This document shows, piece after piece, positions 47,960 through 56,916 of a stretch of 64,000 bases of DNA. The position numbers and the translations under genes were made by a program. Under the pieces are notes generated by a model. The model was given only the letters and a program-made list of their open reading frames with translations. It was not told the origin of the DNA and did no database searches. Within the stretch, counting starts at the first letter, position 1. The number at the start of each line of letters is the position of its first letter. Source of the DNA: an uncultured Chloroflexia bacterium (lineage in GTDB: Bacteria > Chloroflexota > Dehalococcoidia > DSTF01 > WHTK01); NCBI GenBank assembly GCA_963732945.1, contig CAVTBL010000004.1, positions 273,864 to 337,863 of the forward strand. Direction: 5' to 3'.

Positions 47960-49852
47960 CTACGAGTCGTTGAGCAGGGCGCTGCTGGGCTCCCGGACGG
48001 CCGGCAACGCCGGTTGAGCCGTCCCGATTGCTCGAAGCTCCCGGTCGCCGAGGACTGCCAGATAAAGCGCCGCCAGGAAGATGGCGCTTTGCATCACGGC
48101 GCCGACAGCGAACATGCGCAGCAGCCCCGGTTCGTGCACGAACTCGAGGGCAAGCGCGGCGAACAGCAGGCTGCCGATGCCGAGGACGGTCTCGGCGCGG
48201 GCCTGGCTGACGGCGTGCAGGCCGGACGCGCTGACCTTGAACTTGTTGGTGCGGCGCCAGGCGATGCTGGACTGGACGAGGCCCTGCAAGCTGGCGACCC
48301 CGCGTACGTAGGTCAGTGCCTTGCTCGTCACGAACGCCCCTAACGTCTCGCCGAGGCCGGCTCGGGACAGCGTCCGGTAGACCAGAGCCCAGTGCACGAA
48401 GCTGGTGAGCAGAGCCACGGTAGCTGTGATCCACAGCACGAACGGCACCGCCACGACTTCGTGATGCAGCGCCATCGAGCTCATTACCGCGGCTCCGAGC
48501 ACCAGGGTCAGGAACCCGAGGCCCATGCTGATGTTCTCGATGCCGTGATTCAGGTGGTGCAGCTTCTGAAGCGGCGTCAGGTTGCTTGGCGCCCCGAAGG
48601 GAGTTGGCAGGAACAGGCGCCAGTGTCGCTTGAACTCCTGCACCGGCCCGACGGTCCAGCGATGTCGCTGCTTCTTGAAGTCTCCGAACGTCTCGGGGAT
48701 CAGTCCGCGGCCGAACGTCTGGTTGAGATAGACCGACGAGTAGCCACGGGCGTGAATGCGGATCGCGAGCTCGGAGTCTTCAGTGGCGCACCACTCGGCC
48801 CACGCGCCCGCTTCCTCGAGGGCCTGCTTGCGGATCACGCACATCGTCCCGACGATGATCGCAGCGTCGCGCTCGTTCTGGCTGACGAGGTTGGTCTCGA
48901 AGAAGTAGCGGTACTCCCAGTAGCACTTGCGCAGGAACGCGTTGTCCTGCCAGTCGCGATAGTCGTGCGGCGTCTGCACGAAACCCATCTGCGCATCGTC
49001 GAAGAAGGGCACCATCGAGCTGAGGAAGTCGCTCTCGACCTGGTAGTCGCTATCGACGATTGAGACAAGCTGAGCCTCAGGGTCGGTGTGCCGGAGCGCG
49101 AAGTTCAGCGCGCCTGCCTTGGCTCCCTGTAACGGGTCGACGTGGAAGAAGCGAAACTCGGGGCCCAGCGCGCGGCAGTGGGCTTCTACGGGACGCCACA
49201 GCGACTCTTCCTGGGTGTTGTTGTCGATGACCAGCACTTCGTAGTTCGGGTAGTCGAGCTTCCTGATCGAGTCGAGCGTGGCGATGACGACGTCGGGTGG
49301 TTCGGCGTGCACCGGTACATGAATCGATACCAGGGGCGCGTCCGGCCCAAAACGGTGCGACCGGGCAGACCTCGGCCGGCGCCAGTCGAGCCGGATCAAA
49401 GACTCCCACTGCTCGACGCCCTGGACGATCGTCGTAACCGTCGTCAGCGCCAGCAGCGGGTAGGCCGCGAACATCAGCGCGCGCGTCACCGGATCGACAT
49501 GGATCGTTGCGATGAACCACAGCGCCCAGGCGAGCCCGAACAGCACGGTCTCGGCGTTGCCCGCGAGCATCAGCGCGCCGACCGGCGAAAGGCCCCGAGC
49601 GACGCGGACCGAAGGCAGCAGAAGCGCGAGGTTCAGGCCGGCGACGAGCAGCGTCAGCGGGTAGATCCCGGACATCTGGCTCGCGAGAGCAACGAGGCAA
49701 GTGACGAGGCCGGCAGCAAGCCGCCCGAATTTGCCGGGTCTCCCCAGGCTGTGTTCCAGGGCGATAAGCAGGACGGAGATACCGAAGCTAAGGGAGGAGA
49801 AGAGAAGCAGGTTCGTCAGCGGGTTACCGAGGTCATTCAATCGCAAAATCAT
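47960..49852 (-). CDS. Processive family-2 glycosyltransferase (polysaccharide synthase) with N- and C-terminal TM bundles
   Basis: It has the D, DxD context (VLVIDNN, IVDSDY), TED (CATEDSEL) and QRHRW (the QxxRW motif), plus about 9 TM helices. Confidence 0.8.
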   Translation of the reverse strand: MILRLNDLGNPLTNLLLFSSLSFGISVLLIALEHSLGRPGKFGRLAAGLVTCLVALASQMSGIYPLTLLVAGLNLALLLPSVRVARGLSPVGALMLAGNAETVLFGLAWALWFIATIHVDPVTRALMFAAYPLLALTTVTTIVQGVEQWESLIRLDWRRPRSARSHRFGPDAPLVSIHVPVHAEPPDVVIATLDSIRKLDYPNYEVLVIDNNTQEESLWRPVEAHCRALGPEFRFFHVDPLQGAKAGALNFALRHTDPEAQLVSIVDSDYQVESDFLSSMVPFFDDAQMGFVQTPHDYRDWQDNAFLRKCYWEYRYFFETNLVSQNERDAAIIVGTMCVIRKQALEEAGAWAEWCATEDSELAIRIHARGYSSVYLNQTFGRGLIPETFGDFKKQRHRWTVGPVQEFKRHWRLFLPTPFGAPSNLTPLQKLHHLNHGIENISMGLGFLTLVLGAAVMSSMALHHEVVAVPFVLWITATVALLTSFVHWALVYRTLSRAGLGETLGAFVTSKALTYVRGVASLQGLVQSSIAWRRTNKFKVSASGLHAVSQARAETVLGIGSLLFAALALEFVHEPGLLRMFAVGAVMQSAIFLAALYLAVLGDRELRAIGTAQPALPAVREPSSALLNDS

Positions 49853-50198
49853 CCTCTCGAAGTCATGCGCCCGATTCCACGCTGTGACTCGCCAACGACT
49901 GCAAGAAGAGCGATTCGATAGGTGAGCACTCCTCTTTCATGACGAAACCTGGCCATTTCTGAACGTGCTCGCGAACTTGACATACTGATCGCGCACGAGC
50001 GTTTCGACTCGAACGCCTCGGACGTTGCGTATGACGATGGCCCGAGGCATGCCGCGAGCGAGGCGTCACATGGTCGGCTCGGCCGCGTTGTTCTAGTCAG
50101 CGATATCGCAGGATGACGGGGAGCAAGGGACACGCTAAACTTGCTTCAGCTTCCCCGCGTCTTCGCCAGTTTGATGCCGCCCGGGCAAGGACTACTGC

Positions 50199-50810
50199 GT
50201 GACCAGCGCGCGCACTCTTAGCGGTCAGCCTGCAGCCGATGAGCGAGAACCCGATCTCGTTCGAGACCTGAAGGCGCGCTCGCCCCAGGCCTGGGAGCAG
50301 CTGTTCAACGATCACTACGAACGTCTCGTGCGCTACGTCGCGGTGCGCGTTCGCAACCTCGAGGAAGCGCAGGACGTTGCCTCCAGCGTCTTTTTGCGGG
50401 CGCTGAAGAACATCGACACATACCGGTACACCGGGAAGCCGGTCGTGGCCTGGCTCTACGGTATCGCGCAAAACCTCTTGAGGGAGCGGTTCCGCAGGGT
50501 CAAGCAGGAGACCGGGTTCGATGCCTCCGAGGCGTTGCTGAACATGGCCGCTGCCGGGACCTTGAACGGCGCCAGCGGCTCGACCGCGCATATCGAGAGA
50601 CTCGACCTTGAAATCGAGATCTCGCGGCTCACGCCTCTCCAACAGGAAGTGCTCGTCTTGAGGTATATAGCCGGCTTTCGTGGGCGCGAAGTAGCCTCCA
50701 TGTTGGGAAAGAGCGAAAGGGCAGTCTACTATCTCGAGGCAAGGGGACTGGTGCGATTGCGCGATAGTCTCGGTCTTGAGGTAAAGAAGGCGGGTCAGGC
50801 CAATGACTGA
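50199..50810 (+). CDS. ECF-type sigma factor (pair 2), paralog of 42957-43595
   Basis: It reads WEQLFNDHYERLVRYVAVRVRNLEEAQDVASSVF...GKPVVAWLYGIAQN...LTPLQQEVLVLRYIAGFRGREVASMLGKSERAVYYLEARGL. Confidence 0.85.
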   Translation: MTSARTLSGQPAADEREPDLVRDLKARSPQAWEQLFNDHYERLVRYVAVRVRNLEEAQDVASSVFLRALKNIDTYRYTGKPVVAWLYGIAQNLLRERFRRVKQETGFDASEALLNMAAAGTLNGASGSTAHIERLDLEIEISRLTPLQQEVLVLRYIAGFRGREVASMLGKSERAVYYLEARGLVRLRDSLGLEVKKAGQAND

Positions 50811-52060
50811 ACGCCGGAACCGGCTCAGCGAGGTGTTTGGTGACACGCTGGCGCGCCTGACCACGGATTCGAGTGTCGCGTCGGTGGTGGCGTACCTTCA
50901 GGACTACGAGCGCCTCGTGCTGGACAGCGGCCTCAGCCCCGACAGCCTTGTCCCTACCGAGACAGACGTTCAGGCGATCTTCCGGCTGATCCTGGACCTC
51001 CGCACCTTGACGCTCGAGGTGCCGCAGGCCAACGCTCGAGATCGCTTCATGCGCCAGGTCGCCATCGCGCGCGCCGATTACCTCGCCGACAGGGCCAGGA
51101 AGGCGGCCCGTCGCAGCAAGGCGAACAGCATTGCCGCGGGCGTGGCCGCGGTCTGCATCCTCGCGGCAACCGCGAGCGTCGCCGGCGCGACCAGCGACCT
51201 GCCGAAAGTCACGCTACCGGTCTCCCTGCAGGACATCGTCGACGCGATCTCCCCCTCAAAACCCGCAGACCAGAACGGCTCCCAGGCAGCGCCCACGCTG
51301 CCGTCTAACGTGTCCAGCGCCAATCAGGTGACGGGGCTCACTGGCGTCGATAGCGAGAACAGCGGCATCTCGGCCGACGGTTTGCCTGGCGTCGCCGAAC
51401 TGCGCCAGGTCCTGGAGACGCTGCAGAGCACCCTGCTCGACGAGCAAACGGCATCGCCGGCGGCGTCAGGCGACGTCACTTTCGGAGCAGAGACCTCGAA
51501 AGGGTCGAGCCAGGCTCCGCTCGCGCCTAACACCGCTTCGAGCACGCAGAGCGCCGCCGGCCAGTCAACTGCCACCGGGAGCTCTTCTGTGCAGTCGGGC
51601 TCTGTCGCTAGTCAGCCCAGCACGCCGGCAACGCAGCCGGCCACGTCTCCTGTCGACATGCAGCCGGGTTCAGATCACTCCGGGACAACCGGCGGCCAAT
51701 CGGCTTCGGCGCCCGGCGTGACCGGCGCGACACCTGGTCAGAGCGGTTCGACTCCTGGTCAGAGCGGCGGGGGAGGCGGTAGCCAACCGAGCACCGCACC
51801 GGGCTTGACGGGCTCGACGCCTGGGCTGAATGACTCGGCGCCGGGTCTGTCCGGTTCAACCCCCGGTCAGTCCAGTTCGGCCCCTGGTAATTCGGGCTCC
51901 GCTCCGGGTAACTCTGGCTCCAGTCCGGGTCAGTCTGACGCCACACCCGGCGGGCTCCGGCTCGGCTCCGGCTCAGTCCGACTCCTCGGCCAGCTCGGGC
52001 ACGAATGCCGGCCAGTCTGGCTCATCGAACGGCTCCTCAGACTCTCATGCCGGACACTAG
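50803..52060 (+). pseudogene. Putative anti-sigma factor (pair 2) with one TM helix and a Ser/Gly/Pro/Thr-rich tail; one frame break near the 3' end
   Basis: It overlaps the sigma gene by 8 nt. The TM segment is IAAGVAAVCILAATASVAGA. An extra G in the GGG run at 51952-51954 breaks the frame. The corrected tail ends ...SSNGSSDSHAGH* at 52060. Confidence 0.55.
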
Positions 52061-52603
52061 GCCTGAAGCACAGCCGGCGTCTGAACTCGCTCAGACGATG
52101 CGCATCTGAACGTCGGGTGCACGCAGCAGCAGCCAGAGCGAGCGCTTCGGGCTTCTTAGCCGAACGCCAACCTGACGCCGGGTGATCGACCACAAGATTC
52201 ACCTGGCGCGAAGAAGAGTTCTCTGGGTACGGGCCGCTGGGCTCCACGTTCGCTCGAAATGGCCACATCTCTAGACGCCGTCCACCACGCGTCCGCCCTC
52301 AGCTGGCTCCCCGAGAGGACCGGTCGGACGCTGAGCCTGTTCGGTAGACCTATCTATTCCCGTCGAAGGCCGTTAGACTGAGAAGGTACCCCTCAGGTAA
52401 TCCCTAGCTTTCAGACCAGCCAGCTTCCCAAAGCCGACCTCTTTGTTCTAGGGCCACTTGCTTCAGGCCTGATTCAGAGGACGGTTTGATTCCTCGTGAC
52501 TGGCATTCAGTACCGGCTTCGTCCGCGGGCGAGTACGCAGGTCCAACCGTGCGCAACCCGATGACTGGCCGAGCGACATTCTTGTCGGATTGGAAGGTAT
52601 GAC

Positions 52604-52825
52604 ATGGCTGCTGGCGAAATCAAACGCCTGATCTCGGAAACTGGCATCGGATTCATCTCGGAGGTTGGTCGCGAGGAGGAGATTTCCTTCCAGGCCACCG
52701 CACTTATCGGCCATACATTCGATAGGCTCGCAACGGGGCAACATGTCGAATTCGACCATCAGCCCTACTCGAGGTCGTCCAACAGAACGCGCGCGATTAA
52801 CGTACGCGTTATCAGCCAGGCCTGA
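52604..52825 (+). CDS. Cold-shock-domain-like small protein with degenerate RNP motifs
   Basis: The ATG follows GGAAGG. It aligns to the CspA fold pattern (G.IK....E.GIGFIS......ISF.A.....F..L..GQ.VEF), but RNP1 and RNP2 are not canonical. Confidence 0.5.
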   Translation: MAAGEIKRLISETGIGFISEVGREEEISFQATALIGHTFDRLATGQHVEFDHQPYSRSSNRTRAINVRVISQA

Positions 52826-52929
52826 GCAACACGGGGAGACGACCGTCCGGAACGACCCTGATCGGCCGTCTCTTGAGCAAACCAGTACGACGGCATCGTT
52901 GGAACGCCTCTAAGAAGGAGTCGCACTAT

Positions 52930-53133
52930 ATGGATCACGGATACGCAGTTGACGAAAACAGGCGCTGCGCCGCCAGGACAAAGAAGGAACTTCAGTGTCA
53001 GTTGCCTCCCCTGGTGGGAATCAAGCTGTGCGCGCTGCACGCCGGCCTCGCGAAAGCCAAGCTAGCCCCCGGCTTCGGTGATGCAAAGGCACTAGAATCC
53101 TATAAGCGGTCTCATGCCGCCGCCAGAGTCTAG
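52930..53133 (+). CDS. Small hypothetical protein with a C-x9-C ... C-x2-H motif
   Basis: The ATG lies 9 nt after AAGGAG. The motif reads RRCAARTKKELQCQLPPLVGIKLCALHAG. Confidence 0.4.
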   Translation: MDHGYAVDENRRCAARTKKELQCQLPPLVGIKLCALHAGLAKAKLAPGFGDAKALESYKRSHAAARV

Positions 53134-53159
53134 AGCCCGTAACCCGAAAGGTGACCGCA

Positions 53160-53279
53160 ATGGGTGACAAGAGTCCAAAGAACAACTCGAAGGCGAAGAA
53201 GCAGAAGGCCAACAAGAAGAAGGCCCCTGCCGTTCAGCCGATGGCGCCAACTACGGCCCAGAAGCCGAGGTCGGCCTGA
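53160..53279 (+). CDS. Possible 39-aa Lys-rich peptide
   Basis: The ATG follows AAAGGTGA. The translation is MGDKSPKNNSKAKKQKANKKKAPAVQPMAPTTAQKPRSA. It is below the ORF-track cutoff. Confidence 0.3.
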   Translation: MGDKSPKNNSKAKKQKANKKKAPAVQPMAPTTAQKPRSA

Positions 53280-53671
53280 CTGCAGACTCCCCACTAGAGA
53301 GTCTCATACGCAGCCCAATTAGGACCTCCTGACGTTCGGCTGTGGCCCGCCCGAGGCGATTCTGTGTGTGCCAAGCGGGGCGGCCGCCGACCGATTCGGC
53401 CCTTCGAATCGCGTGAATCGCGCTCGCGACCGGGTCACGCCGTCATGTCAGCTCTCGCTGATGTGCTTGCCCGTCTGGCTGCGGCCGTCCTCATAAGAGC
53501 TGTCGCTGGCCGGCTCGCCAAACACCAAGCTGCACGTTTTCGGGCGCCGAGCCTCTCGTCTGGACGAGTACGACGTCGAGCCGCAGTCTCCCGGATTCTC
53601 GGGAAGACGAAACGATGCCTCGCGACGGACCAAAGCTGGCTCGCCCCTCAGATCGATGCGCCGTCGCTAAT

Positions 53672-54280
53672 CTACGCTCCGTCTCGGTGAGTCATACCCG
53701 TGACGCGTACGTCCTCTTCTGACCCCGGCAGCGTGATGCTCAGTTCAGGATGACGCTCCCGCACGGCGCCGAGCATCGGTAGTAGCGCCGGCGGTTCGTC
53801 CCAGCGCACGCCGTCGATGAAGAACGTCGGAGTGCCGCGGACCCCGCTGCGCAGGCCGCTGTTCAGGTCGTCGCGAACGCGTTTGCTGTACGCGTGGTGC
53901 GCCAGGTCGTGCTCGAACCGAGCCCAATCGAGATCGAGCGTGCCGGCCAGGCGTAGCAGCGAGCCTTCGTCCAGCGACTGCTGGTTCGCGTACAGCAGCG
54001 CGTGCATCTGCCAGAACAGCCCCTGCGCCGCGGCGGCTTCGGCAGCTTCGGCGGCCTGTTCGGCCTGAGGATGCAGGCTGGTTAGCGGGAAGTGGCGAAA
54101 CACGTAGCGCAGGTTGTCGCCCAGCGCCGCCTCGAGTCCGTCGACCAGCGGCTGGGCCGCCTTGCAGAACGGGCACTGGTAGTCTCCGTACTCGACGATC
54201 GTTATCGGGGCTGATGGCGGACCCGTGACGTGGTCGGTTTCGCCCACCGGCACGGTCAGCCGCAGCGGCAGCGATACCAT
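53672..54280 (-). CDS. DsbA-family thiol:disulfide oxidoreductase (thioredoxin fold)
   Basis: The active site is YGDYQCPFCK. It also has GTPTFFIDG (the cis-Pro loop region). The ATG overlaps the corrected stop of the upstream gene (TGATG). Confidence 0.8.
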   Translation of the reverse strand: MVSLPLRLTVPVGETDHVTGPPSAPITIVEYGDYQCPFCKAAQPLVDGLEAALGDNLRYVFRHFPLTSLHPQAEQAAEAAEAAAAQGLFWQMHALLYANQQSLDEGSLLRLAGTLDLDWARFEHDLAHHAYSKRVRDDLNSGLRSGVRGTPTFFIDGVRWDEPPALLPMLGAVRERHPELSITLPGSEEDVRVTGMTHRDGA

Positions 54281-55267
54281 CAGCGGCTCCCCGGCGGCAT
54301 CTGCGACGACGGACGTTCGAGAGCCTCGCGGTCCCAGCCGCCGAGATTGGCCACGGTGTCGATAAGTCGATCGCAGGAAGCTCAGCAGCGTCGCGCTTGG
54401 CGACGGCGCCGCACGCACGGCTTCGTACGGCAGGAGAAACTCGCCGAGGCCCGCGTGGTAGTGCGCGGCCGCCGGCTGTACCGAAGCGTCTCTGAAGCCC
54501 TCGGGCTCCGGGGCTGCGTATGCGTAGAAGCTCGCCTCGTCGATCGGACCGCTGCCGGGCCAGAAGCCGCCGCTCATCACCTCATGAGAATACGCCTCTC
54601 GCGTCACCGGGTCGGCGTCGGGACGCTGCGGCGCCCGCCGGCCCGAGAATCGCGTCACGGCCAGGTCGAAGCTACCCCAGAAGAAGTGCACCGGGCTGCA
54701 CTTGCCGAGGTACTCGCCCTTGAAGCGCTTGAAGACGTCCTGCACCAGCGACAGGATGCGCCAGATGCGATAGGCATACTCCGGTTCGTAGGACGCGTGC
54801 TGCTCGTCCTGGGCGAAAGGGATCGTGTGCTCGACCTCGACGGGCACGGGCCAGATCTGGGCCTCGACGCCGAGCCTCGCCAGAGCCTCCAGATAGAGGC
54901 GATAGAACGTCGCTACCGACTGCGGCTCCAACGGCACGGTCTCGATGCCACCCTCGCTGGTACGCATCACGAGCTTGTGATCGATGAAGTCGAACTCGAC
55001 GTCGAGGCTGCGGGAGCGGCTGGGCATCGGCCCGGTCATCAGGCCGCGGGCGCTAAGGTACAGCGGTACGTGCCACCAGTGGTTCTCCGGCGGCGCCAGC
55101 GCCAGGCGCGTCTTGCCGACGATCTGTGTCCACATATGCAGCGTCGCGTAGGTATCTCGCCAGTCGGCCAGCCGTATTTCCGGCCACGGCTCCTCGACCC
55201 CCGCTGTCTGGGGCGCGCGCTGGCCCTGACTGCCCCTCGTGTTGTTTGCATCCTGCTGAGTGTTCAT
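54280..55267 (-). pseudogene. DUF5996-family protein; single extra base near the 3' end fuses it in silico to the DsbA gene
   Basis: The N-terminus WPEIRLADWRDTYATLHMWTQIVGKTRLA...HWWHVPLYLSARGL matches DUF5996 from memory. Removing one base near 54361 restores ...STYDTVANLGGWDREALERPSSQMPPGSR*. Confidence 0.65.
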
Positions 55268-55316
55268 CGCTTCTCCTCAGGATCAGGATAGTCGCCTCGC
55301 GGCGTCGCGAGTTCGT

Positions 55317-56711
55317 CTACTGCGAGCTCCAGAGCTGGCTCAGCTGAGCGAACGCCTGGTCCGTCGCCGCGCTGTGCTGCTGTTGCAGGCACTGGAGATA
55401 GCCCGCCGGGTCGATGCGCGCCGCGGGGATGTACGGCGGCTTCGTGAACGCCGGGTGGTCGAAGTCGAAGAACTCGAGCATCGGGTTGGCGGCGCCGACG
55501 CGACGGGTAATCGGCGGCAGGTTGAAGCGCGTCGAGATGAACTTGAGGATCGATGTGTGGTCGTTGACCACGTGCGAGACGTAATGCGGCCGCGAGAACG
55601 GCGAAATGACCGCGGCGGGCACACGGATGCCGTAGCGGTCGAAGCCTCCGGGCTCGTCGCCCGGCCCGAGCATCGGCGCGATGTCGTCCGGCGGCACCGC
55701 GGCCGGCGGTGGCACGTGGTCGAAGTAGCCGCCGTGTTCGTCGTACACCAGGAACAGGGCCGTTGAGCCCCAGAGCGGGCTGGCGAACACCGTCGAAATC
55801 AGCTGGGAAACGTAGCGCTGGCCGATTTGCACGTCGGTCGGCGGGTGCTCGTCGTTCTCCTGCGCGCCGAGAAACACCGGGTCGACGAACGCCACCTGAG
55901 GCAGCTTGCCCAGCAGTGCATCGCGGTAGAACGCATCGATCGGTGCCAGATTGCGCCAGTTGCGTCGCACGTAGCCGAAGAGGGCCGCGAACGGCACCTG
56001 CGAGTAGTAAACCTTCCAGCTCACGCCGGCCCTGTCGAGCTGCTCGAAGATCGTGCCGTTGGGCGGCGCGAAAGCGTTGGGATCGGCGAGGATGTTCGGC
56101 ACCGTGTCGGTGACATGACCGAACGAGGTGCCAGCCAGCAGGTAGTAGCGGTTGGGGAACGTCGGACCCAGCATCGGTGAGAAGTAGCGGTCGCCCATCG
56201 CGAACGTGCTGAAGAGGCGGTAGTAATACGGCAGGTCGTCGCCGTCGTAGTACGACATGGCGCGGCTGCCGTTGGGGTCGAGCGGGACCTCGTTCACAGC
56301 CGTGAAGCTGTCCATCGCGCCGTGGTTCCAGGCACGATGCGTGCCGTTCCATGAGTGATCGAGGTCCGCGACCGAGCACAGCGTGCCGGCGTGGAACACG
56401 TTGATCGGCGGGCCGCTCGGGTTGAGCGGGTCCGGGTTGGAAGCGTTGCTCGGCAGCCCCTCAGCGGCCGGCTGTCCCTCGTAATGCAGCCTGCCCACGT
56501 AGTTGTCGAACGAGTGGTTCTCCTGCATCACCACGATGATGTGTTCGATCTGCTTGATGCCGTCGCGAGTCGGCCCGAATGCTGCCGTGGTTCGCGGCCG
56601 GCCGAGCGCGCCGGTGAGCGCCAGGCCCGCGGCCACGGAGCCGAGTTGGCGTCGCGTTATGCGGTACTGCCTGGCTTTGGGGCGGTGGCTGGCAACACGA
56701 CGGCTGGGCAT
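55317..56711 (-). CDS. Phosphoesterase-family protein (non-haemolytic phospholipase C / acid phosphatase type), Tat signal
   Basis: It has the twin-arginine motif ITRRQLG and IEHIIVVMQENHSFDNY, the hallmark of the phosphoesterase family. Confidence 0.8.
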   Translation of the reverse strand: MPSRRVASHRPKARQYRITRRQLGSVAAGLALTGALGRPRTTAAFGPTRDGIKQIEHIIVVMQENHSFDNYVGRLHYEGQPAAEGLPSNASNPDPLNPSGPPINVFHAGTLCSVADLDHSWNGTHRAWNHGAMDSFTAVNEVPLDPNGSRAMSYYDGDDLPYYYRLFSTFAMGDRYFSPMLGPTFPNRYYLLAGTSFGHVTDTVPNILADPNAFAPPNGTIFEQLDRAGVSWKVYYSQVPFAALFGYVRRNWRNLAPIDAFYRDALLGKLPQVAFVDPVFLGAQENDEHPPTDVQIGQRYVSQLISTVFASPLWGSTALFLVYDEHGGYFDHVPPPAAVPPDDIAPMLGPGDEPGGFDRYGIRVPAAVISPFSRPHYVSHVVNDHTSILKFISTRFNLPPITRRVGAANPMLEFFDFDHPAFTKPPYIPAARIDPAGYLQCLQQQHSAATDQAFAQLSQLWSSQ

Positions 56712-56916
56712 CTTTCCTCGATTCGAACGCAAAAGCGGGCACGAAAAGCAGCCAAAAGATAGCACGCCGAAACCGGCCTGCATCTAATGGCTTGCTAACG
56801 TCTCGTAATCGATCCGAACCGGCAGACTGATCGCCCGGCTGCGACGGCCGCGAGGCATGCCAAACAGCCGGACGTGCCGGCATCTCAGCGTTTCGCGACG
56901 AGGATGTGTTGCTAGC

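Noticed and set aside
52470-52500. A T-loop-like string (GGTTTGATTCC) suggesting a tRNA
   Set aside because: The flanking sequence does not form a T-stem, acceptor stem or anticodon arm.
9050-54370. Programmed ribosomal frameshifting or an alternative decoding mechanism as the explanation for the many frame breaks
   Set aside because: The break sites share no slippery heptamer or downstream structure. They include both homopolymer and non-homopolymer contexts and occur in unrelated genes. Random small indels are the simpler explanation.
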